From a phage, in sequence record OZ335964.1: a stretch of 64,000 bases of DNA. One strand, given 5' to 3'. The notes beneath the pieces are model-generated. The model worked only from the letters and a program-made list of their open reading frames with translations, did no database searches and was not told the origin of the DNA. The stretch's first letter is position 1, and each line of letters begins with the position of its first letter. Made by a program: the position numbers and the translations under genes. Shown here in pieces: positions 44,306-52,227 of the stretch.

Positions 44306-44634
44306 TCTGGAAACTTCCCGTAAATGTTTTCTGCCAACATACGCGCATCGCTAATGATATCTTTCATGCTATGACCGTAGTGTTCAGCCATTGAGTTGAC
44401 ACAATCAACAAAGAAATTATAACGTCGACGGTTTAAGATTTCTTCTCTGTTATAGTTTTCATATTTGACGGTCGAGTGTGCTTTCTCTATTGCCTTGATC
44501 GCTATATTGACTTCATTGATAATGGTTTTAGCATTGTATGCGCCACGACGGATCAGGATATTTGTCAATTCTCTTGCAATATCTTGCAATTCTTCATATT
44601 CATGTTCAAACATAATCAACCTCTCAAAATACAA
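44302..44634 (-). CDS. hypothetical protein
   Basis: 110 aa ORF, coupled to neighbours. Confidence 0.5.
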   Translation of the reverse strand: MYFERLIMFEHEYEELQDIARELTNILIRRGAYNAKTIINEVNIAIKAIEKAHSTVKYENYNREEILNRRRYNFFVDCVNSMAEHYGHSMKDIISDARMLAENIYGKFPE

Positions 44635-44637
44635 TCC

Positions 44638-44970
44638 TTACAGATGAAAACCTGTTACAATTACCGCATCGATCATACCGCTAGGGATAAACGGTTCACC
44701 CTCTTTTATCTCAACTTTGAATTGATGCCATTTCGCTAATACTTCTTCCGGTACACCCAGAGATTCGGCATCTGCTTTAGTTTCATCCATAATCCAACTA
44801 GGCTGCATGAGAGCATAGTTTACATAGTCCATTTCTGGGGTCATGTCATCAATGTTAATATATTTGCAGTTGACGCGTTTCAGAATTTCAAATTCTTTAT
44901 TGTCAACCTGTACCATGTATAATTCAGTAGTTTCTGGAATCAGTTCCCACACAATCAGTACATTTTTCAT
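44638..44970 (-). CDS. hypothetical protein
   Basis: 110 aa ORF. Confidence 0.5.
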   Translation of the reverse strand: MKNVLIVWELIPETTELYMVQVDNKEFEILKRVNCKYINIDDMTPEMDYVNYALMQPSWIMDETKADAESLGVPEEVLAKWHQFKVEIKEGEPFIPSGMIDAVIVTGFHL

Positions 44971-44978
44971 AGTTCACC

Positions 44979-45347
44979 TCACTTAACAAAGATTTTCTTT
45001 AATGCTTTCAGGATCGTTGCTTCCGGCGCTTCTTCCGGTGGAGGAAGCAATTCTACCACTTCCTCTTCCAACTCGATATAGTCTACCAGATATTCTACAT
45101 AGAATGCAAGTGCTTCCATGAAATTAAATGCTACATCCGATTCACCACAAGCGCCTACATGCATTGTATAAACATCACTGCGATCAAGTTTGTGGATGCT
45201 CCCCAGATAGTTCCGGTTATACCAGACTTCCCACACTTTCAGCTTTCCAGTTTTGGTTGCTGTTTTATAATCGGTTTCGTAGTGGTGCAATTGACGTTGC
45301 AGATCATTGATAATAACACATTTTTCGTAATTGTTTTGAATTTCCAT
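44979..45347 (-). CDS. hypothetical protein
   Basis: 122 aa ORF. Confidence 0.5.
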   Translation of the reverse strand: MEIQNNYEKCVIINDLQRQLHHYETDYKTATKTGKLKVWEVWYNRNYLGSIHKLDRSDVYTMHVGACGESDVAFNFMEALAFYVEYLVDYIELEEEVVELLPPPEEAPEATILKALKKIFVK

Positions 45348-45357
45348 GATGTAATCC

Positions 45358-45549
45358 TCACTTATCGTTAAGAAGTTCTAAAACTTTCTGTCGTACTTTG
45401 TCAATATTAGTTGATTCAAAAACTGTACGGTATCCCCAGCTTTGACCGTATGAGCGCGAGCAATCCCCATATCCCCATTGTTCAACCTGATAGTATTCAA
45501 GGAATGGATGTTGCCGAACTATGATACCATCACGATTAAAAATTACCAT
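45358..45549 (-). CDS. hypothetical small protein
   Basis: 63 aa ORF. Confidence 0.4.
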   Translation of the reverse strand: MVIFNRDGIIVRQHPFLEYYQVEQWGYGDCSRSYGQSWGYRTVFESTNIDKVRQKVLELLNDK

Positions 45550-45572
45550 AATATAATCCTCAAGTCAACAAC

Positions 45573-45854
45573 TTATTTTCGGTTGTACTTCTGCCACTTT
45601 CGGTAATACTGCTTGTAAACCTGTTTTGCGTTTTCACCATCTTTACTATACATGTTATCTACCATCAAGTCAATAAGACCTTCCGGTGTCTGGTAGTTCC
45701 CCGCTCGAATAAGTTCTTTAATTAAAGTGTCCTGATGATCTTTGTATACTACGTTAATGATGGTCTTTTCTGCTTTCTTCGTCCCGATCATCCGGTGATT
45801 AGCTTTCATCGCATCCCACCAATCTTTTGTGATCTTCATGTTATTGAATTGCAT
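45573..45854 (-). CDS. hypothetical protein
   Basis: 93 aa basic protein. Confidence 0.45.
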   Translation of the reverse strand: MQFNNMKITKDWWDAMKANHRMIGTKKAEKTIINVVYKDHQDTLIKELIRAGNYQTPEGLIDLMVDNMYSKDGENAKQVYKQYYRKWQKYNRK

Positions 45855-45865
45855 AATTTAACCTC

Positions 45866-46624
45866 TTACTTGCACACGTATTGATCTACATCAATTGCGC
45901 CACCGAATGTAGGATGACGTTTTTCAAATCGAATAGTTCCGTCGTTTGGTTCGAAAACGGAGTATTCATATAGATCTTTCTTGCCAACATTCTTATAAAA
46001 CCCGCCTTTAGTCATAACGGTTTCTTGTACGTTTGCTTTGTGTACGTTGTATTCGTCAATGTATACAAAATCAACCATCTTCCCATTTTTAATGGTTACT
46101 TTAAGATCTCCTGGTTGGTTTCCATATTTTGCATACAGTGGAGCTTCTTTAATTTTGGTGGAAATTCCATCTTTCATACTCCACTCATAACGAACGGTGC
46201 ATTGATAGGTAAAAGTTTCGACCTTCGGTTCTTCCACCACTTTTTCTTCCTGTTTCGGTTGTTCTTCGTCAACCTTCACGGAAGTCTCTGAATCGCTTTC
46301 TGACGCGGTTTCTTCTTTAGGTAATACATTCATCAAGTTTTGGATTTGAGCGTTGTATACAGCCTCCAGTGGCTGAATCTGCCCGATATTGATCATTGTA
46401 TCACGAACAGTTTTATTCCAGTTGCGTTGCTCTTGTTTCAGAGACGGATCAATCTTAACAGCCTTAACATATACTTCATGAAGTTTCGAATCCAGTGCGG
46501 AGATTGACTCATTAGCACAAATAAACTTCTCTGATTTGGTAGTGGCTTTAGCGCAATCAAAGGACGCAGCATTAGCACCGAAAGCAGTAGCAGAAAGAAC
46601 GATAGCAGCGATAATGTTTTTCAT
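45866..46624 (-). CDS. secreted protein with LprI/DUF1311-like N-terminal domain
   Basis: 252 aa from MKNIIAAIVLSATAFGANA (signal peptide); ASFDCAKATTKSEKFIC...LDSKL...QRNWNKTVRD pattern; track ORF's extension overlaps the promoter. Confidence 0.5.
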   Translation of the reverse strand: MKNIIAAIVLSATAFGANAASFDCAKATTKSEKFICANESISALDSKLHEVYVKAVKIDPSLKQEQRNWNKTVRDTMINIGQIQPLEAVYNAQIQNLMNVLPKEETASESDSETSVKVDEEQPKQEEKVVEEPKVETFTYQCTVRYEWSMKDGISTKIKEAPLYAKYGNQPGDLKVTIKNGKMVDFVYIDEYNVHKANVQETVMTKGGFYKNVGKKDLYEYSVFEPNDGTIRFEKRHPTFGGAIDVDQYVCK

Positions 46625-46658
46625 AATATATTCCTCAGTGTTTTGTCTTGATGGGAGT

Positions 46659-46687
46659 ATCTTACTACTCCCCTGTTCTGGTGTCAA
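46659..46687 (-). promoter_or_regulatory. early promoter cassette
   Basis: TTGACA - 17 nt - TAAGAT; -10 within GGGAGTA..TACTCCC hairpin. Confidence 0.5.
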
Positions 46688-46706
46688 CTACTTTTTAAAT
46701 TTCTTC

Positions 46707-46850
46707 TACAGTAAAGTCTTCAATGTTGTTGTGCTCGGCGAACGTTGCCAGACCAGCATCCCATGCATCATCCTCAGAGAAGAATACACCGTAACGTTCA
46801 TATCCTTTAGCGCCTTCAAATTTAACCATTAATTTATGAGTATGTTTCAT
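46707..46850 (-). CDS. small ORF (47 aa), below track threshold
   Basis: Hand-translated MKHTHKLMVKFEGAKGYERYGVFFSEDDAWDAGLATLPSTTTLKTLL; RBS GGAGAATCAAAA and promoter cassette upstream. Confidence 0.35.
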
Positions 46851-46882
46851 TTTTGATTCTCCTTCGTTGTCTTGATGAGTTT

Positions 46883-46911
46883 AGTATAGGGGATCGCCGA
46901 TCCCCTGTCAA
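46883..46911 (-). promoter_or_regulatory. sigma70-type early promoter cassette
   Basis: TTGACA - 17 nt palindromic spacer GGGGATCGGCGATCCCC - TATACT. Confidence 0.55.
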
Positions 46912-46920
46912 CCGCTATTT

Positions 46921-47133
46921 TTAATTTTTACCCGCTCGTGCATTAATACGCATTTTCTGCATAGCCATGATCTGGGTTATTGCTTCTTCTTTACGTTCTT
47001 GTGTGATAACGTGACCAGATTCCGCAAACTCTCCAGCGACTTCTTCCACGATCTCGCGAATTTGAGAACGTCCAAAGATGCGGTTTCCTTCGTAGCTCAT
47101 AAACTCGGTTACTACTTGCTCGATAGATTTCAT
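46921..47133 (-). CDS. hypothetical small protein
   Basis: 70 aa from MKSIEQVV (RBS GGAGAATCAC); track ORF has 15-codon extension. Confidence 0.45.
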   Translation of the reverse strand: MKSIEQVVTEFMSYEGNRIFGRSQIREIVEEVAGEFAESGHVITQERKEEAITQIMAMQKMRINARAGKN

Positions 47134-47172
47134 GTGATTCTCCTTTCGTTTGGTATGGGAGTATGTTACTAC

Positions 47173-47201
47173 TCCCATTTCTTTACGTCAACAACTATTT
47201 T
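47173..47201 (-). promoter_or_regulatory. early promoter cassette
   Basis: TTGACG - 17 nt - TAACAT; GGGAGTAGTAACATACTCCC hairpin spans -10. Confidence 0.4.
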
Positions 47202-47425
47202 AAATTATTTTCGACCTTCATCCATTCCGCGTATTCTTGCGCGGCTACTTTCGGATTTAGTCCGTCTTCGTACATTGCTTCAAGTAATTCTTCGTCGGTG
47301 GGCTTATACCCTAGATAAGCCTCCACCTGATTTTTCCAAATTTTATACCAGTTCATATTATCACCAGTCAAGAGCGCGTGTCTCTGCGTCTTCCCATGCT
47401 TGGTCCATAACAGCCTTGAAAACAT
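47195..47425 (-). CDS. hypothetical small protein
   Basis: 76 aa ORF; an internal start at MNWYKIW (47356) would remove the 65-nt overlap with the upstream gene. Confidence 0.4.
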   Translation of the reverse strand: MFSRLLWTKHGKTQRHALLTGDNMNWYKIWKNQVEAYLGYKPTDEELLEAMYEDGLNPKVAAQEYAEWMKVENNLK

Positions 47426-47633
47426 ATTCTAAAGTATCATCTTTAGAGAATCCGAAGACCTTAGACGGAATATCTTCAATTGCTACTCCCGCAACTTCTG
47501 CATTACGCGCTTGGCAATAATGCAACTCTAAGTTATCGAGATAGCGACCGCCTAATTTCTCCATATCATCCCAGCATTTCCAGTAACCTACTTTATCTGC
47601 AATTGCCAACACTTTGCTGTTTTTGTTGCTCAT
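47361..47633 (-). CDS. hypothetical protein
   Basis: 90 aa from MSNKNSKVL (RBS GGAGAATCAAAG); track ORF's extension overlaps the promoter. Confidence 0.45.
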   Translation of the reverse strand: MSNKNSKVLAIADKVGYWKCWDDMEKLGGRYLDNLELHYCQARNAEVAGVAIEDIPSKVFGFSKDDTLEYVFKAVMDQAWEDAETRALDW

Positions 47634-47664
47634 CTTTGATTCTCCTTTTGTTTGATATGGGAGT

Positions 47665-47693
47665 ATATTACTACTCCCATTATTCACTGTCAA
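47665..47693 (-). promoter_or_regulatory. early promoter cassette
   Basis: TTGACA - 17 nt - TAATAT; GGGAGTAGTAATATACTCCC hairpin spans -10. Confidence 0.45.
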
Positions 47694-47699
47694 TAGATT

Positions 47700-47906
47700 T
47701 TATTCGATTATTTCAAATTTTGCTACCGGATCACCGTTTCGTTTGGTTGCAGTAAGTTTCTGTTTGTCAAAGTAAAACCAAATATAGTCACCATGAACTA
47801 CATCAAATGTGTTTCCGCTATTGTCCGTGAATACATCAACATCATAATCACACCCAACACTAAAGCTATAATTGATGTGATCGGTTTCAATGCAACGTAC
47901 TTTCAT
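47700..47906 (-). CDS. hypothetical small protein
   Basis: 68 aa from MKVRCIETD (RBS AAGGAGATTC); C-terminal VAKFEIIE resembles 20968..21186. Confidence 0.45.
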   Translation of the reverse strand: MKVRCIETDHINYSFSVGCDYDVDVFTDNSGNTFDVVHGDYIWFYFDKQKLTATKRNGDPVAKFEIIE

Positions 47907-47937
47907 TTTTGAATCTCCTTTTTGTTTCACTGTGTGT

Positions 47938-47966
47938 ATTATGCAATGCTGGATTATGGAAGTCAA
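47938..47966 (-). promoter_or_regulatory. sigma70-type promoter
   Basis: TTGACT - 17 nt - CATAAT on minus strand. Confidence 0.4.
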
Positions 47967-47980
47967 ACAACTTTTCAAAT

Positions 47981-48006
47981 AAAAAAGCCGACCACAAGGA
48001 TCGGCT
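47981..48006 (-). terminator. rho-independent terminator
   Basis: GCCGA..TCGGC hairpin with minus-strand T-run (plus A6). Confidence 0.55.
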
Positions 48007-48016
48007 TAATAGTCAG

Positions 48017-48412
48017 TTACTTACTAAATTTCTTTTTGGCTTCGTCTACTGCATGAGATGCCAGCACCGCTGCCGCATGTGCACTTTTATCTGTGTTGCA
48101 TAGAACACCCAGATAAACATCACGCCAAAGTTTAATCATCTCGTAGATCATATCAATATCATTTTCTTGTTTGTTGGCGATGCTATTCGTCGTTATCTGG
48201 TAAGGCAACGGTTTGATCTGTACTGGTTCCGCCATCGGGCTAATCGGTTTCGGATCGGTCATAATAGGTGCTGTTGTTGGTGATGTTTTCCATACGTCAT
48301 TATTCCACGGTTTAACGGTTGTACCGTATATTTTATAAGGATTTTTGTCTGGATCAACCATCCATGTATGATGGATACCTAAACCATTTGAAGTGATGCG
48401 TCGTTCAGTCAT
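48017..48412 (-). CDS. hypothetical protein
   Basis: 131 aa ORF. Confidence 0.5.
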   Translation of the reverse strand: MTERRITSNGLGIHHTWMVDPDKNPYKIYGTTVKPWNNDVWKTSPTTAPIMTDPKPISPMAEPVQIKPLPYQITTNSIANKQENDIDMIYEMIKLWRDVYLGVLCNTDKSAHAAAVLASHAVDEAKKKFSK

Positions 48413-48617
48413 GTTTTACCCCCTCTGATAATTCTTTCATCAAGCTGTCGATCTTTGCTCTGTGTTCTGGCGTGTTTGTCATCTCTGCTAATTTGCTCAG
48501 AGATTCACCGGTGATCCGGTTGGATTCTTCCAGTGTTTCAACGACAATTGGCACAATCTTTTTATTGTTGTACAGAAATGCAATATAACCGCCTTCTGGA
48601 TATTCTTTCATAATCAA
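48405..48617 (-). CDS. hypothetical small protein
   Basis: 70 aa, coupled to gene 52. Confidence 0.45.
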   Translation of the reverse strand: MIMKEYPEGGYIAFLYNNKKIVPIVVETLEESNRITGESLSKLAEMTNTPEHRAKIDSLMKELSEGVKHD

Positions 48618-49993
48618 CCCTTCTTAAGTTCTTTAAGATCTTTCTTATATTCCTTCATTGCGGTCGTCTTTGTCCAATACTCATATTCACTATGATGTTT
48701 ATCGGCATCTTTGACCAGTCGATCATACTCTTCTTGAGTAACGCTATACAATGGCATAGAAACGAGCTTATCGGCATATGGACGCAGTTTTTCATGTTCA
48801 TTGATGGATTGCATTACCTCGGCCTTTTTCTTGCCCTGTAGCTCGATTTCGCCCTTAATTACGCGGTCGATAAATTCGGCTTTAGCCATTGCATAATTGT
48901 ATGCTTCCAGTGTTTCGGCTTGCATCAATTCAATGCGTTTATCGACATACCCTAAGCGGATTTCGACGAATCGACGAATCAGGTCGCTAGCTTTCTCGAA
49001 TACTTCAACTAAACCACGTTCATTAACCACTACGATATTCTGGGCTACTAACTGCGTTAGTTTAAAATCCTTCATGATTTGCTCATGTCGAGCGGATTCA
49101 TCTTCGCTTTTGAAATAATCTCGTTTCAGTGTTACTTCAAATCTGAAACCATCCTTAGAGCAACGGTCATTATACGATACAATCAGATCTTTTTCTTCCA
49201 GTGCATCCAGCACCGCTACATATTCTTCACGGTCGAACTTATAAGGAACTTCCGTTATTGTCAGCTTAGTCTTGCCATTTAATTCATATGTACCCTCAAG
49301 AATCACGCCATCGCGATCATCTCGCGGGATAACTTTACCCGTGAATTTCGGGAATTGAACACTAGGTTCTTTATCCAGTTTTCCGGCAAGTGCTAGCTCT
49401 GTGCATTCAATGAGGCTTTCCAGTGAATGCGGTAAAATGTCAGTTTTATACCCTGTAGCAATACCACTAATACCATTAGCCAATACCATTGGCACAACTG
49501 GCAAGTAGAAGGCTGGCGGGATGTGTTCCAGATCTTCGTGCTTAGGTGCGCAATTCATATCTTTATAGATTTTAAAGAAGTTTTCATGCACACGAGCAAA
49601 GATATAACGTGCCGCACCTGCTTTCTGGACTAAACGCGATCCGAAGTTACCTTGACCGTCAAGCAGTGGAGTATTATTGCTCCATGTATTCGCCATGAGT
49701 GATCCGGCTTCTACGGCATTAGTTTCCCCGTGGTGATAACCCAACTCAGCAACACCAGATCCAATATCTGCCATCTTACGGAATTTCTTACGGTCGCCTT
49801 TACTCTTTTGAAGTGCACATTCCATAACAAAGCGTTGCACTGGTTTAAGCCCATCTACCAATTGAGGAATCCCGCGTTCCTCGGCAGAATAGATCGCATA
49901 TTCCTTAGCTTCATTATGTACAATGCTTTCAAGGCTGCGGTAAGTAAATGTGTTTACAATTTGACTAATTTTATCCATCTTCACCTCATACAC
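48614..49993 (-). CDS. 52: DNA topoisomerase II medium subunit (GyrA-like)
   Basis: 459 aa (T4 gp52 442 aa); GyrA-type LVDGLKPVQR and HHGE motifs. Confidence 0.85.
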   Translation of the reverse strand: MYEVKMDKISQIVNTFTYRSLESIVHNEAKEYAIYSAEERGIPQLVDGLKPVQRFVMECALQKSKGDRKKFRKMADIGSGVAELGYHHGETNAVEAGSLMANTWSNNTPLLDGQGNFGSRLVQKAGAARYIFARVHENFFKIYKDMNCAPKHEDLEHIPPAFYLPVVPMVLANGISGIATGYKTDILPHSLESLIECTELALAGKLDKEPSVQFPKFTGKVIPRDDRDGVILEGTYELNGKTKLTITEVPYKFDREEYVAVLDALEEKDLIVSYNDRCSKDGFRFEVTLKRDYFKSEDESARHEQIMKDFKLTQLVAQNIVVVNERGLVEVFEKASDLIRRFVEIRLGYVDKRIELMQAETLEAYNYAMAKAEFIDRVIKGEIELQGKKKAEVMQSINEHEKLRPYADKLVSMPLYSVTQEEYDRLVKDADKHHSEYEYWTKTTAMKEYKKDLKELKKG

Positions 49994-50348
49994 GCTTACA
50001 AATCACATTCTTTACTTTATCAGATTTATCAGCCCAATCCAATAGCCATTTTAACGGAAGGATTGAAACAATAAACGGGGCAGCAATCAAAGCAAACATG
50101 ATACACCGGATAATCAGGAAAACGCAAGTGACAAAACTAGCGATAGTGATCCCGACAAAACAAAATACCATAGAAAACAGAGTAATGATATAGAAAGGCC
50201 AGAATACCCACTCCCGCATCTTAACGCCTTTGTATTCTCTGAATTGCTTAAAATCTACAAACAACTCTCGGATAGACGCGTACAGGACCGAAAAATCATC
50301 TTTCATTGCTCTGAATGAGCAATCTTCTATTTTAGAATGACCTAACAT
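49986..50348 (-). CDS. membrane protein, unknown function
   Basis: 120 aa with two long hydrophobic segments. Confidence 0.5.
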   Translation of the reverse strand: MLGHSKIEDCSFRAMKDDFSVLYASIRELFVDFKQFREYKGVKMREWVFWPFYIITLFSMVFCFVGITIASFVTCVFLIIRCIMFALIAAPFIVSILPLKWLLDWADKSDKVKNVICKRV

Positions 50349-50350
50349 TA

Positions 50351-50644
50351 TTAACCGCCTTTCATCATTGATACTGGAATTGTTTTCTGATTTGTGTATA
50401 ATTGGCCTACTTCAATTTTTTCTTGAATCACCACAACGTTACAATATCCACTGTCTTTAAGTTTTCTGATAATGACTCGCTTTTGTTCGTCGGTGATAGG
50501 ATTGACTGTTCTCACCAATTCACCGCAAATAATAGCACCATCTTTACAATTACCAGTAACTTTCATGCTACGACCGTGAACAACAACCACATCACCGTAA
50601 ATCACATTTTCGTCGTCGTATTTGGTAATAACCGTGACCGTCAT
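50351..50644 (-). CDS. hypothetical protein
   Basis: 97 aa ORF. Confidence 0.5.
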   Translation of the reverse strand: MTVTVITKYDDENVIYGDVVVVHGRSMKVTGNCKDGAIICGELVRTVNPITDEQKRVIIRKLKDSGYCNVVVIQEKIEVGQLYTNQKTIPVSMMKGG

Positions 50645-50657
50645 AATGTATTCCCTC

Positions 50658-50682
50658 TAAGAAAGGCCGCGCAAAGCGGCCT
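50658..50682 (-). terminator. hairpin terminator
   Basis: GGCCGC-GCAAA-GCGGCC hairpin downstream of 50690..51016. Confidence 0.5.
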
Positions 50683-50689
50683 ATGTTGA

Positions 50690-51016
50690 TTATTGTTCTA
50701 CAGTATAACCGTTGTTTTCAAGCCATGCAATAACAATCTTTTCACCAATTTCATCGAGCATTTCATCAGAACCATATTCTTTGATGAAAGTCGATGGATC
50801 ATTATTGCTTACTACGTGCTGGATCACAACATGTTCAGGAATTGCGTCTAGCAGTTCGCTATGATCATACTCATTAACGATATCTTCAACACTAACATTA
50901 TTAACCAAATCAACATCATCCATAGTCACAGTAACGCGACCGGACGGACGCAGTGAATATTGGCTACTTTCAACTTCAACATGTGCACTTTCGCAAGTAA
51001 CTTTCATATCAACCAT
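50690..51016 (-). CDS. hypothetical acidic protein
   Basis: 108 aa, strongly acidic. Confidence 0.5.
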   Translation of the reverse strand: MVDMKVTCESAHVEVESSQYSLRPSGRVTVTMDDVDLVNNVSVEDIVNEYDHSELLDAIPEHVVIQHVVSNNDPSTFIKEYGSDEMLDEIGEKIVIAWLENNGYTVEQ

Positions 51017-51030
51017 AATTAATTCCTCTG

Positions 51031-52032
51031 TTAGTAATGGCTAAAACCTTCGGTTACATCTTCAACCACATAGTAACGATGACAGCGCATTTTGGCATTC
51101 GCATAATCTTTCGGGATACTTACAACGTGACGCGGATCAACTTTACATTTAATGATTCTGCCTCGTCCACCGCCATAGTGCGGAATATAGTGTTTCGCTG
51201 CAACATGGAGGCCATTAGAGCAAGTACGGTCATCATCTGGGTCCACGTCTTTACGCTTCATTTTAACCGTGCGCCCTGGGCTATTATCAAACGTATGCGT
51301 AAAGAAATCTTTATAATCAACATCAACACGTTTCCATGCATAGAAACAACCATCTTCCCCGATCTCAATGTCGTTGTGCTCTAAGAAGTCAAACAGACGA
51401 TCTACGGCCTTACGGCTAGGGTTTTTCTTGCACTTCTCAAAGAAGTTCAGATAGTGCGTATATGGCTTATTCTCTTTAATCGACTCCACAACTCGACGAG
51501 TCAGATTATTATCAAGAACAATATTATGATAATACACAATACCATTTTCGATACGGAAAGCGCCGTGATAATATACTTCAACCGCTTTCTTAATGTCAAT
51601 CAGCGTAATTGCTTTAATGAAATCATTCTGCTTAACTGCTTCCAGTGCTTCATTAAAGTTAACATGTGATGGATCAGCAGTATAAACAATGTCACCACAT
51701 GTAATAGTAATAAACTTAGTTGAGGCTATGGCTACGATTTTTGAGGAAGTAGTCACGGGCTTTTTTGCGCGTTCACCGCCTTTTCCTTTACTGGTTTTAC
51801 GGCGTGCTTTACGTTTTTCTAGTGCCTTGCGACCTTCCGCTACTGCGTCTTTCTGAATCAGTAATACACGGGAGGCAGTGCGACGAGATACACCAAATGC
51901 TGCCGCAAGTGCTTCGCGGGTAGTAAACTTACCTTCGCCCCACTGTTTAGCCAGTTTGATTTGTTTTGCAGAGTCCAGACATTGAACGTTACGGTCAGAG
52001 ACGGTGATTTTTGCTTTAGTCATAGTATTCAT
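51031..52032 (-). CDS. rIIB: RIIB protein
   Basis: 333 aa (T4 rIIB 312 aa); NPSRKAVDRLFDFL, FYAWKRV, CSNGLHV, YIPHYG, DPRHVVSIPKDYANAKMR, VVEDVTE match T4 rIIB. Confidence 0.85.
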   Translation of the reverse strand: MNTMTKAKITVSDRNVQCLDSAKQIKLAKQWGEGKFTTREALAAAFGVSRRTASRVLLIQKDAVAEGRKALEKRKARRKTSKGKGGERAKKPVTTSSKIVAIASTKFITITCGDIVYTADPSHVNFNEALEAVKQNDFIKAITLIDIKKAVEVYYHGAFRIENGIVYYHNIVLDNNLTRRVVESIKENKPYTHYLNFFEKCKKNPSRKAVDRLFDFLEHNDIEIGEDGCFYAWKRVDVDYKDFFTHTFDNSPGRTVKMKRKDVDPDDDRTCSNGLHVAAKHYIPHYGGGRGRIIKCKVDPRHVVSIPKDYANAKMRCHRYYVVEDVTEGFSHY

Positions 52033-52084
52033 TCCTCTATTAGTGGGCGACTCTCGCCGCCCGATTCACATCATTATACCAGAA

Positions 52085-52216
52085 TTATTTTGCTTCTACA
52101 ACCTTGCGGATTGTGCGGTCTGATACATTATAGATTCGTGCCAGTTCGCCTTTAGTCAAGCCGCGAGCGTATTGTTTACGGATGGTTTCTTTCTGGATAG
52201 CGGTCAGTTTAGTCAT
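52085..52216 (-). CDS. small helix-turn-helix protein (43 aa), below track threshold
   Basis: Hand-translated MTKLTAIQKETIRKQYARGLTKGELARIYNVSDRTIRKVVEAK; sits between rIIA stop and rIIB start. Confidence 0.4.
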   Translation of the reverse strand: MTKLTAIQKETIRKQYARGLTKGELARIYNVSDRTIRKVVEAK

Positions 52217-52227
52217 AATATCACCTC

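Noticed and set aside
46999-47520. 173-aa + strand ORF
   Set aside because: Antisense across three minus-strand genes and their promoter cassettes; Ser/Leu-rich; shadow ORF.
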